DNA from: Spirulina sp.
Lineage (GTDB): Bacteria > Cyanobacteriota > Cyanobacteriia > Phormidesmidales > Phormidesmidaceae
Reading direction: 5' to 3'
Assembly (NCBI GenBank): GCA_044070495.1
Contig: JBIPSI010000043.1
Coordinates: 1-38,911 of the forward strand
DNA: 38,911 bases
The notes beneath the pieces were generated by a model. The model was given only the letters and a program-made list of their open reading frames with translations. It made no database searches and was not told the DNA's origin. Below, piece by piece: positions 34,171 through 38,911 of this stretch. Made by a program: the position numbers and the translations under genes. Every line of letters begins with the position of its first letter. The first letter of the stretch is position 1.

Positions 34171-35436
34171 CTATCGATCCTCATCCAGCCCTTGTAGCAC
34201 GTGTCGAACAGCCAGCAGAGCACTGAGACTCACAAACCCTTGGCAGCGGCCTTGTTGGGTCGTCATGCCAAGGGCGATGGCCGCAGCCTGGAAGGGATTG
34301 CGCACAAACCGAGGTGAGGTGTTGATATAGACCACGGCACTGTGAACCAAGCGCGGGAACTGGACGGTTTCCGAGTAGGCTTCGCTCACGAGGACGTTAG
34401 CATGGCCACTGCTGTAGCGGTTCATCCAGTCGGCGGCCTCGGCTAGGCTACCCACCCGCCCCAGGATAACCCGCTTGGCCAGAAAGGGTTGCTGCCAATC
34501 GCGATCTGTGGCCAGCGGTAGATCGGGAATGTCCTCCCGGATAGCGGCATCGCCCAGTACCATAAACCCGTTATCCCACAAGGCGCGGCAGAGTTGGGCG
34601 ATGGCCGCCGTACTACAGCCGGGGTGAATCAGCACCTTCTCTAGGGCGTTAATGGCGTCCGGCTCGCCCCGGTGACTATCCAGCACAATTTGGATGACGG
34701 TGGAGGAAGCCCCGGAGGCCGACCAGTAGAGATAACAGTTGCCCATGGCTGTGGGCAAAACCGGTACCGCCGCCTGACGCATCACCTGTTTGACCAAACT
34801 AGGACGTCCATAGGGGATAACTAAATTAACGCCGGGATCTTGCAACAGCCAAGAGCGAGCCGCATCCCCCGAATCGTCGGCGAGGGGGAGTACCATCATC
34901 GTCGGAATATTGTGCTTGGCTAGGGCACGGTGTAGGGCTTGGGCAATGGCTTGATTGGTCTGACTGGCCTCGTTGCCACCCTTGAGAATCAGGCCATTGC
35001 CCGTGCGAACACAAAACCCCGCCATGATGGCGGCCAGTTCCGGGAACGCCTCGTACACAAAGGCCACTACACCGAGGGGAACGACCTGGCTGTAGCCCGT
35101 TGCATCCTTCCCCCAGCGGCTCGTGGGGAGGGCATTGAGCCAGCGGGGATCTCCCAGGGAGGCTAGCCGTCTGAGAATTTTACTGGCGATGTGGAGGCGT
35201 TCCGGCGTGAGTTTGAGCCAGTCCAGCACCAAATCGGGTACGGCCATCTCTAGGCTCGCCTCTAGGTCAAGGGTGTTGGCCTCCAAAATCTCATTCTGGC
35301 TGTCCTCAAGCTGGGCAGCCATGGCCTCCAGAACCTGGCTTTGGGCTTCCACGCCCGCCAGCCATAGCCCATAACCGGCTTGGGCCACTTCACTAATCGC
35401 AACGCTGAGTTCCTCTTGGGATCCTAGGCTAGCCAT
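34171..35436 (-). CDS. Gamma-glutamyl phosphate reductase (ProA)-like protein, divergent
   Basis: Motifs ILEANTLDL, LKLTPER, VPLGVV, ILKGGNEA, YSSGH and VYINTSPRF. The catalytic CNA motif reads INA. Confidence 0.85.
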   Translation of the reverse strand: MASLGSQEELSVAISEVAQAGYGLWLAGVEAQSQVLEAMAAQLEDSQNEILEANTLDLEASLEMAVPDLVLDWLKLTPERLHIASKILRRLASLGDPRWLNALPTSRWGKDATGYSQVVPLGVVAFVYEAFPELAAIMAGFCVRTGNGLILKGGNEASQTNQAIAQALHRALAKHNIPTMMVLPLADDSGDAARSWLLQDPGVNLVIPYGRPSLVKQVMRQAAVPVLPTAMGNCYLYWSASGASSTVIQIVLDSHRGEPDAINALEKVLIHPGCSTAAIAQLCRALWDNGFMVLGDAAIREDIPDLPLATDRDWQQPFLAKRVILGRVGSLAEAADWMNRYSSGHANVLVSEAYSETVQFPRLVHSAVVYINTSPRFVRNPFQAAAIALGMTTQQGRCQGFVSLSALLAVRHVLQGLDEDR

Positions 35437-35440
35437 CGTC

Positions 35441-35851
35441 CTAACGCCGAGAGGCCAACCAGAACACCAAACTCAGGGGTGCCAAAACCCCTAACGCCAT
35501 GAGTAAATGAGCCAGGGTTCTAGCGCTCTGGGGAGACTGAAACGCCGCCAAAGTTAGGAAAAAGGCCATCAACACGAAGGAGACCATAATCAGCAAAGAG
35601 GGATAGCTGAAGTTGACGGAAGACCGATCCAGCCGCCACTGTTGTCCTGTCCACCGCCAAGCTCGCTTGTAGGGGTAGTGGGTCGAGAGTTGTTCGATCA
35701 CGTAGCCATTCTCTTGAACGACAAAAATTTGTTGGCAGCGATCACAGCCAAAGGCTTCGGTTAGGGTAATGGGCTTGAGGCTGCCACTACGGCGGCAGGG
35801 GCAGGGATAATCGGCTTGGTGATCAATCTTCTGGCTTTTGTAGGTGCGCAC
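35441..35851 (-). CDS. Hypothetical protein with Cys cluster (possible Zn ribbon) and two C-terminal TM helices
   Basis: YPCPC...FGCDRC, GTG start, 4 nt from the proA-like start. Confidence 0.8.
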   Translation of the reverse strand: MRTYKSQKIDHQADYPCPCRRSGSLKPITLTEAFGCDRCQQIFVVQENGYVIEQLSTHYPYKRAWRWTGQQWRLDRSSVNFSYPSLLIMVSFVLMAFFLTLAAFQSPQSARTLAHLLMALGVLAPLSLVFWLASRR

Positions 35852-36278
35852 GATAACCTAGCTGCTGAGCTCAGGAAGAGGACAGATTCGTCGTTTATTA
35901 TTCTGACACATTAACCAACTGCGCTAGGGAAGGCAACTGGAGCAATCGGTTAGCCTTGCGTTAGCCGAGCTGTCTAGCCAGCGCAGCCTGCTCAACCACC
36001 TTGCCCCCATCGACCTCAGCTTGATCTGCGGAACCATCGCTTGGGGGCAACTAACAGAGGATCAGCCTGGGTGGCCGCTAGCGGTTCGGTCTTCCGTCCT
36101 GTAAAATTATGCGATTCTGTTTCAGAATAATCGTGCAAGCCAATTATAGGAGCTAGCCTTGGCGGCGAGCGCACTATGACTGGATGGATGCAGCCGTAGA
36201 TGCAGCCAACGACTGGCTAAATCAGTGGCCAATGTTCCCTTAGCGATCTCGTCCCTCGGCACCCGAGATAAATCCGAC

Positions 36279-37232
36279 ATGACCTTAGACAAGTATCGTC
36301 TCCGCTCCGACTTCCTGGGTACCCAAGTGATCACGCGTAACTCGGGCCAGCGCCTTGGCATTGTGAGCCAGGTTTGGGTGGATGTGGATCAGCGCGAGGT
36401 AGTGGCCGTAGGCCTGCGGGACAATATTATGTCTAGCTTGGTCTCGGCCCCGCTACAAATTATGCCCCTCAGCAGCATCCGCCAAATTGGCGATGTCATT
36501 CTGGTGGATGACGACACTGTTCTCGATGATGAGGTCAACATTGCCCCCTACAGCACCCTAGTCAATTGCGAAGTGATTACCGAAGCTGGGGAACCCCTAG
36601 GACGGGTGCGAGGGTTTAAGTTTGACGTCACCAATGGTCACCTGGAGACCATCGTGGTGGCTTCCTTTGGGTTGCCCCAAATCCCCGACCAAGTGATCAG
36701 CACCTATGAGCTATCCATGGACGAGGTGGTGAGCAGTGGCCCAGATCGGTTGATTGTGTTCGAGGGTGCTGAGGAAAAAATGGTGCAGATCAGCGTGGGC
36801 TTGCTAGAGCGCCTGGGCATTGGCAGCGCCCCCTGGGAACGCACCAACGACAGTGAGTACATCATGCCCGTATCTACCTCCAACCAGTTGCCCTCTGGAG
36901 TGCAGACCCCCGCCGAATTTACCAAGGCCCGTCCGGCGGCCACCGAAGAACGCTGGAGCGACGACGATTGGGGTGAGCCTGAACGGGTGGAAGAACCCGT
37001 AGTCCGCACCCAAGCCGCTGAAACCTATCGAGCCGCCAGCCTAACCGACGAGGCTAACTGGGAGGAAACATCCCCTGCCGCGCCCACCTACAATGTGCGG
37101 GATGCCGACTACCAGGACGTGACCGAAGCACCTTGGTCTGAGGAAACGGATGCGGAACCCTACGCGCCTGCCCCCCTGAATATTCCTCAGAAGAAAAAAG
37201 TCACGGAGTACGAAGAGGAGCTGGACTACTAG
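36279..37232 (+). CDS. Tandem PRC-barrel domain protein with acidic tail
   Basis: GTQVITRNSGQRLGIV...IRQIGDVILV and NCEVITEAGEPLGRV. ATG at 36279. Confidence 0.88.
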   Translation: MTLDKYRLRSDFLGTQVITRNSGQRLGIVSQVWVDVDQREVVAVGLRDNIMSSLVSAPLQIMPLSSIRQIGDVILVDDDTVLDDEVNIAPYSTLVNCEVITEAGEPLGRVRGFKFDVTNGHLETIVVASFGLPQIPDQVISTYELSMDEVVSSGPDRLIVFEGAEEKMVQISVGLLERLGIGSAPWERTNDSEYIMPVSTSNQLPSGVQTPAEFTKARPAATEERWSDDDWGEPERVEEPVVRTQAAETYRAASLTDEANWEETSPAAPTYNVRDADYQDVTEAPWSEETDAEPYAPAPLNIPQKKKVTEYEEELDY

Positions 37233-37267
37233 CCCCCCGTCGCCACCCCCATCGCTGGAGCCGTAGG

Positions 37268-37807
37268 ATGTCGCCCTCCCCACAGCCACCACAACGCCTG
37301 CCTGGGGTAGCTGTGGTTTGCCTGTTGATATTTGCGCTGTATGCTGCCAGCCCAGGGGAAGCCATCAACGTCCATTGCTATGCCCCCCAGGCTACGGTGG
37401 CCCATTGCCAGGTCAATCAGGGGCGACGACTGGGTTGGCTGCCCCAGCGGGCTACGGAATTCGACTGGCTAGATTTCACCCTTGATTCTCGCCTGTGTGA
37501 CAACACCCCCCGGGGTGGGGTGCGGTTTTGCCACCGCATCACCCTCATCAGCGCCCATCGACACCTGACGCTGCCGGAACTGCGTACTCCCCTCACCGCC
37601 GACAATGTGGCGCAAAGCCTCACCCGCTTTCGAGATGGGCAGGGGCCAACCGATCTGACCTGGAGCGCCCCCCAGCCTTGGCTAGAAACCCTACATACCT
37701 TCGCCCTAGCCCTGCTGTTAACCGTCACCGCCTGGGGGTTTGGGTTCTGGCGATGGCCTCCACAGCCCCTAGCGCTTGAGAGTAATGATGACACCGGGCC
37801 TGACTAA
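37268..37807 (+). CDS. Hypothetical membrane protein
   Basis: 179 aa with N- and C-terminal hydrophobic segments and paired Cys in the loop. Confidence 0.65.
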   Translation: MSPSPQPPQRLPGVAVVCLLIFALYAASPGEAINVHCYAPQATVAHCQVNQGRRLGWLPQRATEFDWLDFTLDSRLCDNTPRGGVRFCHRITLISAHRHLTLPELRTPLTADNVAQSLTRFRDGQGPTDLTWSAPQPWLETLHTFALALLLTVTAWGFGFWRWPPQPLALESNDDTGPD

Positions 37808-37938
37808 ACGCCCTAAGAAACATTAACCTCTGGCCCCAGGATAGAAAGGGGCAGAACGATAATTCAGTAATTTAGGGCAAGGATCTTTTGTCAAGGCTCA
37901 AAACCAGAAAAAGTTACAAAAGTTTTTGTTTGATGTCG

Positions 37939-38034
37939 CTTTCCCCAGGGCTTTCCCCAGATTTTCCACAGCAACCCAGGAGTTATCCACAGGGAGAAAC
38001 GGAGTAGCGGGCTTTGGGGCTAACCTGTGGAAAA
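37939..38034. promoter_or_regulatory. Cluster of DnaA boxes
   Basis: TTTTCCACA (37962), TTATCCACA (37983) and TGTGGAAAA (38026), plus 2-mismatch boxes at 37939, 37951 and 38015. Confidence 0.7.
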
Positions 38035-38442
38035 CCTTAGGGAGGGTGGAAGGGGAGGATTATTTTGCCCTCCACCCTAAAGCCCGCTGATCCCATGGCC
38101 GCAAAACCCTGATTACTTCGTGATCGGGTTTAGGGATTAGCGCAGATTTGGCTTCTGTGCAAGATTGACAGGCCCGGAGGAGTTGGGCAGAATGATGCGA
38201 CTGGAAACACCGTGCGCCCCAACATGGTAGCCATACTCAGACGATTCTCGTCGTCGGTTGGGCTCGAAAATGAGGCGACCATGTTGGTGCAGCGCTGCTT
38301 TGCTGTGCCTAAAAACCCTGACCTAGATCGCTTAAGGGTATCAGCACAGGTGTGATCGTGTTGGGACTGAGAGCCCAGCCCCTGTTTCCTATTTTCCGTT
38401 CGCCACAGATCATCAACCTTGCCCTGAGGAGGTAACCCCACT

Positions 38443-38661
38443 GTGATTCCTAACTCCACCACCGAAACTCGCGTTAGTCTACTGGCCGAAATTCCTGAAG
38501 AACTCCATGATGCCCTCCAAACCTACCTCGCTAGCCATGCCAACTGGAGTCAACATCGGGTCTTTTGCGCGGCCCTGTCCTTGTTTTTGATGCAAAATGG
38601 CCACTGCGGTCGCGAGGTGAATCGCATCTACCTCGATTCCCTCTTTGACTACGCTAGCTAG
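38443..38661 (+). CDS. DUF2811-like small protein
   Basis: GGAGG before the GTG. SLLAEIPEELHDALQTYL...RVFCAALSLFLMQNG. Confidence 0.8.
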   Translation: MIPNSTTETRVSLLAEIPEELHDALQTYLASHANWSQHRVFCAALSLFLMQNGHCGREVNRIYLDSLFDYAS

Positions 38662-38690
38662 TCCATAGATGCGGCCACTCAAATCAGCCC

Positions 38691-38737
38691 ATAAAAACCC
38701 GCCTGCCGAGATTCACCGGAACAGGCGGGTTTTTTAT
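38691..38737. terminator. Bidirectional-type Rho-independent terminator
   Basis: AAAAACCCGCCTG...CAGGCGGGTTTTT. Confidence 0.85.
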
Positions 38738-38795
38738 GCGCTCTCTTTTTTAGGCTTAGGCGCTATCTACCTGGAGTTTAGACTAAGGCCAAAGG

Positions 38796-38830
38796 AAAAA
38801 GCAGCCCGAGTCTTGCTCGGGCTGCTTTTT
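38796..38830. terminator. Bidirectional-type Rho-independent terminator
   Basis: Perfect 15-bp inverted repeat AAAAAGCAGCCCGAG/CTCGGGCTGCTTTTT. Confidence 0.88.
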
Positions 38831-38869
38831 AGCCGAAGCTGAGAAAGCACAACCAATCTCGGCAAAGGC

Positions 38870-38911
38870 TTATGACTTACGATAGCTTGTCCGGATTTCG
38901 ACAACGCGCCC
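38870..38911 (-). CDS. Possible 3' end of a gene entering from the right edge (unidentified)
   Basis: Reads ...GRVVEIRTSYRKS* and is followed by a strong terminator. Too short to identify. Confidence 0.35.
   Translation of the reverse strand, partial: GRVVEIRTSYRKS

Noticed and set aside
38130..38462. 110-aa minus-strand ORF upstream of the DUF2811-like gene
   Set aside because: It overlaps that gene's RBS and start and has no recognisable motifs.

Overview
A GC-rich cyanobacterial chromosome segment, probably from a filamentous Leptolyngbya/Nodosilinea-like organism (inferred from gene content). It is mostly core genes: a GGT/HpxW-like Ntn hydrolase, prfB with its +1 programmed frameshift, a cryptochrome/photolyase-family gene, desA, a multidomain amidase, a solo pstB with a Pho box, a PAS-GGDEF cyclase, the atp1-a-c-b'-b-delta-alpha-gamma ATP synthase operon, apcE-apcABC, trpS, metF, a PGM/PMM, a ProA-like protein, a PRC-barrel protein and a DUF2811-like gene. 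The main accessory region is about 3.9-5.2 kb. There, an integron attC-like hairpin precedes an AT-rich ORF with a ubiquitin-like sequence pattern, and the ORF is closed off by GTAG-type REP palindromes. Other points of interest: the photolyase homologue has a plant-cryptochrome-type Asp and a clamp-binding-like tail; there is a DnaA-box array with no dnaA/dnaN in the window; HIP1 appears to be absent; and there are an IS1 remnant, a putative MITE and a 20-copy heptamer array. All family calls are by eye from sequence motifs; no searches were run.
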